This document shows positions 19,045-29,244 of a stretch of DNA of 64,000 bases, in pieces; positions within the stretch are counted from its first letter, which is position 1; each line of letters starts with the position of its first letter. The notes under the pieces are model-generated. The model made no database searches. It had not been told where the DNA came from and saw only the letters and a list, made by a program, of their open reading frames with translations. A program made the position numbers and the translations under genes. Source of the stretch: Paramoeba atlantica (taxonomy: Eukaryota > Protista > Discosea); assembly GCA_977017575.1 (NCBI GenBank), contig CDRNVI010000052.1, positions 1-64,000 of the forward strand, read 5' to 3'.

Positions 19045-19644
19045 ATGTGCATCCTCGCTCACCGCCGCAAACTGCGTAAATCCAGCCGTCGTCAACCCAC
19101 CCACTTGGACGACGAGATCGCAAAAGCCCTCTACGACCTGGAGCTTCACCATCGTAAACTTAAAAACGCCCTCACCCCGCTTCACATCACCGGGGTCAAA
19201 GAGTTCCCCGTGGGGCGCACCCACCGCTGTGTGGTCGTTTACTACCCGCTGCGATTCATGCGAAAGATGCATAAAATCCAGTCCGCACTCATCGCCGAGC
19301 TCGAGAAGAAGTTCAGCGGGAAGCAGTTTGTGCTGCTGGCCTCACGCAAGGTGATCCAGCGCCCCAAGTGTGTGTATAAGGCCCAGGAGGTGCCACGCTC
19401 GCACACGATGACCGCCGTGCACGAGTCGCTGCTCAGTGACCTGGTCTACCCGTTAGATGTGGTCGCCCAGCGTACCCGGCACAGTGTCGACGGGACGAAA
19501 CAGCTGAAGGTGTTTCTCGATGCCAAGGAGAAGGAGAAGGTGGAGAACCGGATCGAGACCTACGCGGCGGTGTACAAAAAATTGACCGGGAAGGATACCG
19601 CGTTCGGGTTTATGACCAACGCTGCGCTGCAGCAGGTGCTGTAG
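19045..19644 (+). CDS. RPS7: 40S ribosomal protein eS7
   Basis: DEIAKALYDLE...VVVYYPLRFM...LIAELEKKFSGK...LLSDLVYPLDVV...DGTKQLKVFLD...YKKLTGK; C-terminal FGFMTNAALQQV is of kinetoplastid type. Confidence 0.95.
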   Translation: MCILAHRRKLRKSSRRQPTHLDDEIAKALYDLELHHRKLKNALTPLHITGVKEFPVGRTHRCVVVYYPLRFMRKMHKIQSALIAELEKKFSGKQFVLLASRKVIQRPKCVYKAQEVPRSHTMTAVHESLLSDLVYPLDVVAQRTRHSVDGTKQLKVFLDAKEKEKVENRIETYAAVYKKLTGKDTAFGFMTNAALQQVL

Positions 19645-19916
19645 CAAGGTGGCGGTCGTGTATGAATGAGAAAAAAAGAGGAAGAGAGTAGAAAGAGGAT
19701 AAGGTGATGATAAGGAGGAAAAGGAAGTGTGGTGATTTAAGTTAGAAAATAGCTGAACAAAAGTTTTAAATGTGAAATGTAAAAGTCTATCGTAGAAAAT
19801 GATTTCTAAGAAAAAAATGCCGAACCTCATACGCATCATGGTTTTACATCAATTACGGTATTTCCCTGGAAAAAACAATCCTTAGTCGTATTTTTTTGTA
19901 TTCTCATCTCCAAATT

Positions 19917-20291
19917 ATGCCACCTCAACCGTTTCGTTCCTTTGGGGTACCCCCCGGCTATGGCCGAGGAGATCTACTTGGCAACACTAATCCTACAGAA
20001 GGGAACACTAATCTTATGGGAATGCCCAGGAATGCTTTACCCCGCACAAACACTCCCGGCATGGAGGTCACCGGTACGGTGCCTCGATACGATCCCATAG
20101 GATACGGTTCCATCACTGATGCTCCGCCCACATTTACTCCATCGTTTCCTATGGCAGAAGGCAATCCTGTGCCTCGTGAGGAGCAATTTGAGCCAGACAC
20201 ACACAGACGTATCGATACAATTGATCCTCGTCCGCGGGAGGAGAAAGACCCAGATGCCTATCATGATATGTTCCCCACCCCTCCACAATGA
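19917..20291 (+). CDS. Small Pro-rich protein resembling the C-terminal region of proteasome inhibitor PI31
   Basis: GYGRGDLLG...LMGMP...VPRYDPIG...EPD...HDMF parallels PI31 G..DL.P / GM / P.ARFDP.G / DMF motifs; no N-terminal FP domain. Confidence 0.45.
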   Translation: MPPQPFRSFGVPPGYGRGDLLGNTNPTEGNTNLMGMPRNALPRTNTPGMEVTGTVPRYDPIGYGSITDAPPTFTPSFPMAEGNPVPREEQFEPDTHRRIDTIDPRPREEKDPDAYHDMFPTPPQ

Positions 20292-20654
20292 CCTGAATAG
20301 TTGTGGGTCGTTAAATAAAATGAGAAAACAGAGTCATTGATGTCAGTCATGCCGTCTAGCTAAGCAAAATTCGTGATTTCGAAAAAAGGTCCATAGAATT
20401 AGTCTTCGCATACATGAACGGCGATTTGTTCTCTTATGTAAATGTGTTCATAGGATTTCGAGTGAATTTACTTTGTCCTTTGTCCTTCAATCTCGTTTTA
20501 GTTGTACAGAGTTGTAGGTGCCATAGTCCGTATACGAATTTCTTTTGAAGTTTTTCGTGTGGTCGATATCTTGGATAGGTAGATAATCTACCTACGTGTA
20601 GCTTGTTTTGGTTGACGGTTTTATGCAGTCTCATCGATGAGGGTGTGATCTTGT

Positions 20655-20730
20655 GTGATTTTACGGGTCAAAAGTGTCCCTTAATTAAATGTCCCGTAAT
20701 TGATTTGTCCTGTGATTTAATCCCACACTG
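20655..20730. mobile_element. Solo Tc1/pogo-type terminus with subterminal repeats
   Basis: Ends ...TAATCCCACACTG followed by TA; preceded by ~17-bp TAATT..TGTCC units; partner end not found. Confidence 0.4.
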
Positions 20731-20733
20731 TAC

Positions 20734-20817
20734 ATGATGAAACATTGCTTGTACGAGAGCTAATCCTTGAGATATAGCTACCATGATCTCCAAACGATTT
20801 CGATTCTGCAATGCTGA
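20734..20817 (+). ncRNA. Box C/D snoRNA, probable double guide (5.8S Gm75-equivalent; LSU Um in AAGGAUUGGCUCU)
   Basis: C box ATGATGA 20734-40, D' TTGA 20767-70, C' ATGATCT 20783-89, D CTGA 20814-17. D guide GATTCTGCAAT complements 5.8S AUUGCAGAAUC with the D+5 rule on the G. D' guide AGAGCTAATCC complements LSU GGAUUGGCUCU (one G-U pair). rRNA targets recalled, not aligned. Confidence 0.8.
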
Positions 20818-21017
20818 ATATACAATGTACATGTATGCCTCGATACTGAATTTTGAAAGTGAAAATTCGTGTATTTACAGGGTATACAAGGTTTACATTG
20901 TTTTGCGCAAGAATATTTGGACCGTTTTATTCCCTACGAATTGTCATCTTGCGTTTAAATAGCAAGTAATCAGTAGCATTTCTTACCGCTTTTTCTCTTC
21001 TCTTTTTTTTCTTACAC

Positions 21018-21389
21018 ATGCTTCGTCGAGTACTTACTCCGGGATCTGCACATCGCTACGCGGGATCCTCATTGAAACCAGTACAGGCAGTAGGACTTCC
21101 ATTGTCCTTGGCGGTTTCGAATCCTCTACATCAACAATCTCTTCGCGCGGCTTCGACCGTGACAGTCTCTATTCAAGGATTGCACTACATCGGCACTGGG
21201 CTTGCGGCGATTGCTCTGGCGGGCGTTGGTCTGGGAATTGGGACCATTTTTGGCAACCTTTTGGTGGCATGTGCCCGACAGCCCAACATGGCAAAGGCTC
21301 TGTTCAATTATGCGATTTTGGGATTCGCTCTCACCGAGGCCATTGGACTTTTTGCGCTCATGTTGGCCTTTTTGATGTTGTTCTCTTAG
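21018..21389 (+). CDS. ATP9: Mitochondrial ATP synthase subunit c (nuclear-encoded, with presequence)
   Basis: [35 protein letters not shown]...[29 protein letters not shown]. Confidence 0.97.
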   Translation: MLRRVLTPGSAHRYAGSSLKPVQAVGLPLSLAVSNPLHQQSLRAASTVTVSIQGLHYIGTGLAAIALAGVGLGIGTIFGNLLVACARQPNMAKALFNYAILGFALTEAIGLFALMLAFLMLFS

Positions 21390-21846
21390 GAGGCTCAAGA
21401 TGTCACGATATGAAAAAAGAACCAATGACACATAAAGATGAAATAAAAAAAACTTATTTTTTACGGGTAGGTATTATTTCTTTAAAGTACTATTAGATTG
21501 TGAGTATACTCGAATGTGTGCCATGATAATTTTGATATGGAAGAATGATTAGCAAAATTTGTAGAAATACATATTGCACACATTTTTCAAGAATCATGTA
21601 TTTACGTTCGTGATCCGAAACCATATTTTTTTACAGCTGACTGCAAAAGCGTTTTACGTTGAACCAAATACTAATAGCTTCAGCAAAATTTCTGTGTTAC
21701 ACTGAAGTGACGTGCCTTATGTAGATAATTTATTTGAAAAAGTTATTTACATGTTACACGCATGTGATATGGAAAACGGATAGAACTTCGCTTGGAGCTT
21801 TTAGAAGTAAACATTTTACCCCATGTTTGTCTTTTTCTAGGTCTTC

Positions 21847-23577
21847 ATGTCAGATCTTTCGGTACCTGCCTCTTCTCCTGCATCACCATTTGATTCCGAA
21901 GATGAAAATGCTTCGAGTAGAAAGGAACACGGATTACAGCACGAGTCTTTATCCAACGGCATGCAAGATGAGGTCAGGTCAGATTCAGTTGATGTACAGC
22001 GTGGAACATCTACCAATGAACCAGGTAAGGCCACTGTGTCGCACGAATCAGGACGATCTGAAATATCATTCTTGGAAGTTGAATCGATGCAGTGCTCCTC
22101 TGTTTACACTATGATGCAACGAAATGGGGAAGCGGTACAAGAGTTGGAGGAAGATCTCTTAACTGAATGTGAAAGCTTTTCTTCGGAAATGGACCCGGAT
22201 GTAGTAGAAAATGTGGAGGAATCTCAAAATAGCGATAAGGCACCTAAGGAGCGGCGAACGCTATCGGAATTGGAGGCACCTCCCTCGGACTCCGAGGAAA
22301 TTGACAAGGACCAGTTCTCAGAAGACATTTTTCAAGAATGTTTCGGAATACGCTTTCAAGATTTGGCTGTAGATCCTGAGAATGAGCAAATTGCAAACTC
22401 GAAACAGTACATTGCAGCGCTACAAGCCATGCGCGATATCTTTGGAGACGACGACGGACTGGAACAAGCATTGGCACTTGAGAGAACGGCATCAGGAGAT
22501 GGTATGGAGAAGCAATCGTTGCGGTCCGTGGTGGAGGCTGCAAGGGCGCAGCAAAGCAAGGAAGAGTTTGCTGAGATTTTTGGCGCGGGCTACTCCTATG
22601 ATCCCTCTCTTGATGCTTACTACGGTATGAAACCGCTACTCCTCAGACGTGAGACAGCCCGTGCGCCACCTTGTCCTACAGGCAAAGTTGCCGTGGTTCG
22701 ACTTCCCTCCACTTACCCCCACCGGCACATTCTACATCTAAGCGCTAATCGATACGTTCCCTCTGAGGAGACTCTTTGGAAAAGTAATTTTCGAAATGTC
22801 TACACCCCAGAGAACATCATACGCTGCGCGCGCAAAGAAAACCGTGTACTCAGCAACGCCCGTTATGTGACCTGGGACAACGGTGACGTGACGCTCCACA
22901 TTGGTCGTGAGACTCACCTACTGCGTCGTAAAACACGTCAGGAGGATCCTCACCTCCTTATGACCCGAGCACAGTTTTCTACACCCAGCGAAAGGCTCGA
23001 TAAAGGAGAGATCTCCTCTCAAGATCCCTCCTCTCATCTGTTACGTGGAGGTCTTAGCCTCTCGGGTGTACAGAACCCGATCTCAGTAGAGTATTCTCAT
23101 GGCACGTCCTCATATTCGGGTGTGGCCTGTGTTCTCGCACATGAAGCTCGACAACGGAGCCATAAAATGCCTGCCTTAGTTCGTCCAACTATTCCTCCAG
23201 AGCAGCGCCCTGCCGTGGATGAACGCCCGAGACGTCCTCCTCGTCCCAACACGCTCGTCCCTGCAGGAATTGCGGAGATTGTGGATCCGTTGCAGGAGAT
23301 GGTCAGTGAGAGCATCTATGAGGAAGGGTTGCGTGAGCAGCGACACAGTAATGTAGAAAATGATGAGGAAATCTCTCCTATCTTACGTAATCGTCTGCGA
23401 GAAGCGCTGAAACAAATTACCGTTGTGATGGAGAGCGTTGGGGTCGCGGAGCGAACTCAGTTGGAAATTTACTGTGCTCCTCTTTATCAAATTTTGGAAA
23501 ATAGTGAGGCAACTTCTCATGTGCTTCGTAAAGGGCTTCAATCTTGCGAGGAAATTTCTTCACTGTATCACTTGTGA
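21847..23577 (+). CDS. LEO1: PAF1 complex subunit Leo1-like
   Basis: Acidic N-terminus, then ENIIR...SNARYVTWDNGDVTLHIGRE matching the Leo1 ENTIRW...SNAR.V.WSDGS.SL.IG.E motif. Confidence 0.8.
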   Translation: MSDLSVPASSPASPFDSEDENASSRKEHGLQHESLSNGMQDEVRSDSVDVQRGTSTNEPGKATVSHESGRSEISFLEVESMQCSSVYTMMQRNGEAVQELEEDLLTECESFSSEMDPDVVENVEESQNSDKAPKERRTLSELEAPPSDSEEIDKDQFSEDIFQECFGIRFQDLAVDPENEQIANSKQYIAALQAMRDIFGDDDGLEQALALERTASGDGMEKQSLRSVVEAARAQQSKEEFAEIFGAGYSYDPSLDAYYGMKPLLLRRETARAPPCPTGKVAVVRLPSTYPHRHILHLSANRYVPSEETLWKSNFRNVYTPENIIRCARKENRVLSNARYVTWDNGDVTLHIGRETHLLRRKTRQEDPHLLMTRAQFSTPSERLDKGEISSQDPSSHLLRGGLSLSGVQNPISVEYSHGTSSYSGVACVLAHEARQRSHKMPALVRPTIPPEQRPAVDERPRRPPRPNTLVPAGIAEIVDPLQEMVSESIYEEGLREQRHSNVENDEEISPILRNRLREALKQITVVMESVGVAERTQLEIYCAPLYQILENSEATSHVLRKGLQSCEEISSLYHL

Positions 23578-24042
23578 TGGTTGTGTTGGCTGTCAATGCT
23601 TCATTTTAGTCATACATTTTTCTGGATTCAATACATAGCAGAGCATCCCGTGTGCAAGTTAAATACTCGACGATTTTTTACATATCTAATATCAGTACAC
23701 TGGCGGCATATCCGTACACTGGTGTTCGAAATGAAGATATGATCAAATGCGTGATTATCTTTCGCATCTTGCTTTGCGGTGAAAGTTTTCAGGAAGCGTT
23801 CTACCAACGGATTGTTAGTACTCACTTTATTAGGCAGCAAAGATTTCTTGAGCTGTGAACATGCCTCAGAAGATGTGTGATCAAGACAGCTTGAAGACCA
23901 ACAGTTTACTTTTACTAACGTAAATTTTGAAAAAATTAAATACAATCTAAAGTGTTTGGGATTCATGTGATTCAGTCTGTGATTTTATCTACTTTGAAAC
24001 GGCTCTCAAAGTTCACTAAAATTCCTTTCCTTTTCTATTGAC

Positions 24043-24570
24043 ATGATTCGCAATCCTCCGGAAGGGTACAGTCGTCATTTTTGGATGGGTCCATACCGCT
24101 CCCAGGCCGTGTTGCAGCCCGACTGCTTTCTACGAGAGCCGCTTGCGCAACGCCATCGATCGCGTCAGCAGCGAAGGCAAAACACACAACGCCTGCAGCA
24201 ATTCGTTCACAAAACACGATTTCAAAACCTTAGTTTGGACGACGCAGCTACTTTGGTGAACAGTGCCGTACGAGGCCATCGTGCTCGACAGTCGAATGCG
24301 GTAATTTCATGGCTGAACGGTTCTCTTGTACCGTTAGAAGACATCCGTTCTCATAACGAGACCACACATGAAAAGCTAAGTGAGCTACTCCGAAGTCAAG
24401 GCCTTGATCCCACGGAAGCACTTGTGGCACCTCTTTCGGAAGTGCCCCTTCCCGGTTGCACGGATGAGGAAATCACTGCTTACAACGATGAGGCTTTGGC
24501 ATGTGCAAAGCAAATCGCTGCAAAGTATGGGCCCATTCGAGAGATCCTTTTTATCACTGGTACAGAATAA
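24043..24570 (+). CDS. Hypothetical protein
   Basis: 175-aa ATG ORF preceded by a pyrimidine-rich tract; no recognised domain. Confidence 0.6.
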   Translation: MIRNPPEGYSRHFWMGPYRSQAVLQPDCFLREPLAQRHRSRQQRRQNTQRLQQFVHKTRFQNLSLDDAATLVNSAVRGHRARQSNAVISWLNGSLVPLEDIRSHNETTHEKLSELLRSQGLDPTEALVAPLSEVPLPGCTDEEITAYNDEALACAKQIAAKYGPIREILFITGTE

Positions 24571-25202
24571 AAAATATTTGAGCCTTTATTTTTCTGTAAT
24601 GGTGTTTTCCTATCCCCTATGAGTTACCTTTTACTATGCAGCGTAGAATACTTTTACAAGTATTACAACTTGAAGTGTGTGTCTATTCTATGGAACAAGA
24701 AAATTAATCTATAGGGCCTATTTTTCGTAACCATGTTGTTAGAACGTTGTTGATGCTCCAAGGTGGTAGTCCTTGTCAGAACAGCTAGTCATATTTTCGA
24801 TAACACATTTAGATTCATTATACAGGCGTCTTTTTTTAGAAATCCTATATTCATTGTATTTAATCAACAATCAAACTGTCCTATTCGTAGAAGCGAACAC
24901 CTATACCCTAGTTCGTTAAAACTCGAAACCCTCGTTAGATGATTCTTCAAAAAAAGAATCCGATACGGGTCAATCTCTACATTCCGAGCATTACCCCAGA
25001 ACACACACACAACCTCCTCTATACACACATTCCATCCAAGTCCAAGCCAAACTTTTCTACCCTTCCCCCCTCTGCTCTTTCTTCACACCCCCCCATGTTC
25101 CCCCCCTTCCACCCCTAACCCCCCCTCCACCCCCTACCCTTCCCCTCACAGCCTCCCCCCCTCCCTCCCATCCCCTACCCTTCCCCCCTCCCCATCCCCC
25201 CC

Positions 25203-26582
25203 ATGTCCCTCCCCCTCCCCCCCCTCCCCCTCCGCTCCATGACCCGTCACGCCCTCACCGGCACCCCGCCCCCCACCCGCTCCACCCTCCTCTCCACGGT
25301 CACCAACAAAATGGACCAAGCCGCCCACCTCCTCCCCACCACCCTCTCCCTCCACACCCCCCTCCTCCCCGGCCCCCCCCGTCGCACCGCCTTCGTCCGC
25401 ACCCCCACCACCGAGCTCGGTCTCTCCCCCTCCATCGTCTCCTGGCTCTCCGCCCATGGCATCCACGCCTTCACCCCCACCCAGGCCGCGGTCCTCGGGG
25501 CCATGCTCCGGGGGACCAGCGTGGTGGCCCAGGCGGAGACGGCCTCGGGGAAGTCCCTCGCGGCGGCGCTCGGGGCCGCGCACCGGCTCCTCCACGGGCT
25601 CGTCGCGGCGTCCCGCGTGCACACCGTCGTGGTGGTCCCCAGCGAGGGGGTGGGGCGGCAGTACGTGCGGTGGGTGTCCGCGGTCGCGGGGGGGTCGCGG
25701 CACGTGGTGGGGTGGGTGGGGGAGGGGGAGGGGGGGAGGGGGGTGGAGGAGAGGCTGATGGGGTTACGGGGGGTGGCCCCGCATGTGCTGGTGGGGACGG
25801 TGGGGGGGGTTGCGATGGTGCGGAAGTATGCGCCGGAGTTGTGGGGGGTGAAACTGCGAAAGGTGGTGGATACGTTGGTGGTGGATGAGGTGGATGCGGT
25901 GTTGGCACAGGATGGGGGGGTGGAGCTGGTGGAGAGGTTGTATCGGAGACAACGGGATGAGATTCCGGCGCAGCTGGTGGCGTTGTCCGCGACGATGGAT
26001 ACCCGGACGCGACGACAGGTGAATCGGTGGGTGCGGGATGAGAGTAATGTGTTGCGGGTGTGTAGCTCCGCGATGGAGCATGCCCTGCCGGAGAATTTGT
26101 CGTATTTTTTGTACTGTGACCCGACACGGCGTGGGGCCGCGCTGCTCGCCAATGTGCTGTTGTACAGTCAATATGTGAAGGAGGGGGGGTTTCGTCCGTT
26201 GGTGTGTGTTCCCACGTCCGAGCACAAGGCGGAGTTGCGGCAGACAATGCAGGAAATAGTCCGTCCGAAACTACAGTCCACGTCTTGTGTGCCCAAGGAC
26301 GATTCCTGTGGCTTTCTCCAGACCTCCCCGATTGAAATTTCTTCAAAGATACTGGTGTCGGATTTCGAGGAGACGCGCGGGTTAAACTATGAGGGCATCT
26401 CGGATGTTATTATTTACGGAGGCGTTCCCTCACCCGCGCAGTTTGTGCACTTAGCGGGATGTGCTGCGCGCAACGGGGGCAAGGGGGAAGTGAGTCTAAT
26501 TTTTTCCCCATACGACTCGAGGAGTGTGCAACGTCTTTGTAGTGTTTATGATATTCCGTACAAATTATCAGTTTGTAGATGA
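25203..26582 (+). CDS. DEAD-box helicase-like protein with degenerate motifs I and VI
   Basis: Q-motif FTPTQ, motif I AETASGKS, II VDEVD, III SAT, V RGLNYEGI, VI HLAGCAARNG. Confidence 0.85.
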   Translation: MSLPLPPLPLRSMTRHALTGTPPPTRSTLLSTVTNKMDQAAHLLPTTLSLHTPLLPGPPRRTAFVRTPTTELGLSPSIVSWLSAHGIHAFTPTQAAVLGAMLRGTSVVAQAETASGKSLAAALGAAHRLLHGLVAASRVHTVVVVPSEGVGRQYVRWVSAVAGGSRHVVGWVGEGEGGRGVEERLMGLRGVAPHVLVGTVGGVAMVRKYAPELWGVKLRKVVDTLVVDEVDAVLAQDGGVELVERLYRRQRDEIPAQLVALSATMDTRTRRQVNRWVRDESNVLRVCSSAMEHALPENLSYFLYCDPTRRGAALLANVLLYSQYVKEGGFRPLVCVPTSEHKAELRQTMQEIVRPKLQSTSCVPKDDSCGFLQTSPIEISSKILVSDFEETRGLNYEGISDVIIYGGVPSPAQFVHLAGCAARNGGKGEVSLIFSPYDSRSVQRLCSVYDIPYKLSVCR

Positions 26583-27335
26583 AGATTTGCTTAAGTGTGT
26601 GATCTCTTAGGGAAATTATTTACCTAAGAGATCATTTCAAATGATAACACTTGAAATATGGAATCCAACGCTTTAAATACGGTAAAGCGCATACGTACAG
26701 CCTTGCATGAACAGCGAAGAATGACAAAGATGTCCCGCAAATCCCACGAACCCGAAAAACATGCGGGAGGTGTGTTCTAGAGAGACTCGAAATTAGTCCA
26801 TCTTAAGGAGTTTTGACGTTGAAAAAGTGAAAATACCAGTGGAGTCTTCGTTTCCACTACATATTCGCTTTGCTGAATGTCACCAGCGTGTATTCGCTTT
26901 GCTGAACTTCACCAGCGATGGGTATGGAATCATACAGCGCGCATGCAAATCCTTTTCCTGAAGTCTTTACTATTCCTGGTGCTTTTTCACTCTTAAACAG
27001 CTCATGAGTAATATTGAGAAAATCGTTTTGTACTTGAGAGTGCAAGATTATAGCCCATCGGGAGTACTCTAAGGCGAAATACGTATTCCCCAATTCGTAC
27101 GCAACATGCAAGAGCTGTTAGAGAAAGCATATGCTGTCATTTTGTAACATTTTCTCTATTTCTGCATTCTGTTTATTACACTGTAGCTACGATTGGTTGC
27201 TGTACAAACTGCAGTTTGCATACTTTATGGGTTTTTAACATCAATTTTGAAGAATAAATTCTCCCAGTGTTTATGGCATATGCTTCTTTGCGTATCACAC
27301 ATTCGTAAGCTTCGATTTTCTTTAGCAACTCGATC

Positions 27336-27677
27336 ATGTGTATCAATCCAGTAGAATTTTGCACAACGGAAAAGCACTTCGATGCCGAAGAGAAGCAAAC
27401 GGAAAGAGAAGTGCCTCCAAATGTTTTCTTTGATTTAAATTTAGAAAATGATTCAGCAAGCGAAACACTTTCTGTGATCAATCAGCAGCCCAGAAGTGGT
27501 CTCACTTTAGAAAGGATTTGTAGCATGCATGTAAACGCTTTGAAATATCAAGACGTTGGAGAACGACATCTTTTTCATATCGGTTTGCGAGATGCAAAGA
27601 CACAAATGCTGCTTGAAGAAACCACTGATATACTACACTGGCTGCAATACTTTTGCCTCGAAAACATTGAAGCTTGA
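27336..27677 (+). CDS. Short hypothetical ORF or remnant of a decayed gene
   Basis: 113-aa ATG ORF; the upstream 26660-27330 region has only interrupted frames. Confidence 0.3.
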   Translation: MCINPVEFCTTEKHFDAEEKQTEREVPPNVFFDLNLENDSASETLSVINQQPRSGLTLERICSMHVNALKYQDVGERHLFHIGLRDAKTQMLLEETTDILHWLQYFCLENIEA

Positions 27678-27955
27678 ATATGCAAGTTTTCTTTTCTTTG
27701 CTGTTTTAACTCATGGAGCGGATAGAAATTTACATTAAAAAAATATTTTTTTTCTTTCTTGCTGTGTTTTTCCTTGCTTTCATTTAGTAAGTTCTTGTTA
27801 TTGTGAACAAGTTACTGATTTTGTCGGTGGTAAGAAACTGAGTGAGATACAAACTGAGATAGGAAAATTGAAGTAAGATTAATTAAAAAAGGAGAGTCAC
27901 GTTTTTTATCCTATAAATTTTCATACATATTTTTTAGCTCATACGCCTACCCATC

Positions 27956-28714
27956 ATGTCCTCTGACGATTCGGATGAAGATTTCCGCACGCTTCGCCGG
28001 CGACCACGAAAGAATCGCGAGGCCCAGTACGCCCAGGAGGATGCCGCTGCGGAAGGTATTGTAAATCTCGCCACCACAGACCTTGACGCACTCTCTCTTG
28101 GTGATTTCCTAAAAGCCTACGAACGACGTCCTAGACCTCAGCAGATATGTCGCACAGGTGCAGCTCACCCAAACGCCAGGACGCGCATTCCATCCTGGTC
28201 CGAGTTGGAGACCAATACGGCCCCCTACCCCTACATTCGCATGTTACAACGCGCAAGTCACTGCGCTCGAGAGCGAAACCCGGAGGCCATTCGGGCCGGA
28301 GAGGGGACGATTCAAATTCTGGGCCCGAAAATGCAAAAAGACGGGCCTCGGAAAACTGTGATTACAAACTTCCGAGATGTCTGTGCCTCCATGGCCCGCA
28401 CCGAGGAGAACGTCATGGACTTTTTAACCAAGGAACTTAGCACGACGGGAAATTTGGATTCTAATCTGTGCCTGGTGTTGAAAGGGAGCTACCGCGACCA
28501 CAACTTGGAGAAAGCCCTGCGTAAATACGCCGATGAGTTTATCGTGTGCTATGCCTGTGGCTCTGGCCAGACCACACTCTCGCGCGACCCCGTATCTCGT
28601 CTTTTTGAGCTTAAATGTGAAAAATGCAATGCGTCGCGAAATGTGTCGTCCGCGACAGCCGGATTTGCCGCCCAGACCACACGGCGTGCCATTCAAAGAA
28701 TGAAGCAAGGCTAG
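27956..28714 (+). CDS. EIF2S2: Translation initiation factor eIF2 beta
   Basis: PYPYIRMLQR...KTVITNFRDVC..MAR...VMDFLTKELSTTGNLD...LVLKG...KYADEFIVCYACGSGQTTL...LFELKCEKCNASRNV (C4 zinc finger). Confidence 0.92.
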   Translation: MSSDDSDEDFRTLRRRPRKNREAQYAQEDAAAEGIVNLATTDLDALSLGDFLKAYERRPRPQQICRTGAAHPNARTRIPSWSELETNTAPYPYIRMLQRASHCARERNPEAIRAGEGTIQILGPKMQKDGPRKTVITNFRDVCASMARTEENVMDFLTKELSTTGNLDSNLCLVLKGSYRDHNLEKALRKYADEFIVCYACGSGQTTLSRDPVSRLFELKCEKCNASRNVSSATAGFAAQTTRRAIQRMKQG

Positions 28715-28846
28715 ATAATGGGAAACGGATGGGAATTTTGAGAAACAAGTGGGCATGGAAGAAAACAGATCATGTTCCTTTTTGTTGATTTTATAGTCAT
28801 GCAATTTGATATGAAATTTTCGTAAACTTTGCAGTTTTTTCTGGCC

Positions 28847-28900
28847 ATTCTTACTTATCGACTATGATTCTTACTTATCGACTACGATCCTTACTTATCG
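28847..28900. repeat. 20-bp tandem repeat x2.7
   Basis: ATTCTTACTTATCGACTATG / ATTCTTACTTATCGACTACG / ATCCTTACTTATCG. Confidence 0.85.
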
Positions 28901-29244
28901 AGTTGTGCTGTTCATTTTTTTCGGAATAACGCTTCAATAGAAAGAAAACTCGCTTTAAATTTAAATAGCTTCGCTCGGTCTGCTTAAAAGATTTTTAATT
29001 TGAAAAGAATATGGAAGATGTACCGTACAAACATCGGTTCACGCAGCATGCAGTATTGTCAATATTATTGACGTCAATTATTGAATAATTGACGTTAAAG
29101 TAAATATACCAAGACGGCGAAAAAATATGAATCGATTTCAAATTAAATTTTAAGTAGTTGAACTGCAGTAATTCTATGTTATTTGAAAATAAATGAAACG
29201 TTTTTTGCTCTAAGATAAAATAAAACTTTGTTTCATTTGACATT

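Noticed and set aside
21545-21650. Second C/D snoRNA candidate (ATGATTA...CTGA)
   Set aside because: Imperfect C box, and the sequence before the D box is a T-run with no rRNA complementarity I can identify.
26660-27330. Possible decayed gene upstream of the 27336 ORF, including a 29-bp tandem duplication at 26862-26917
   Set aside because: Only short interrupted frames with no recognisable homology; cannot be supported as a pseudogene.
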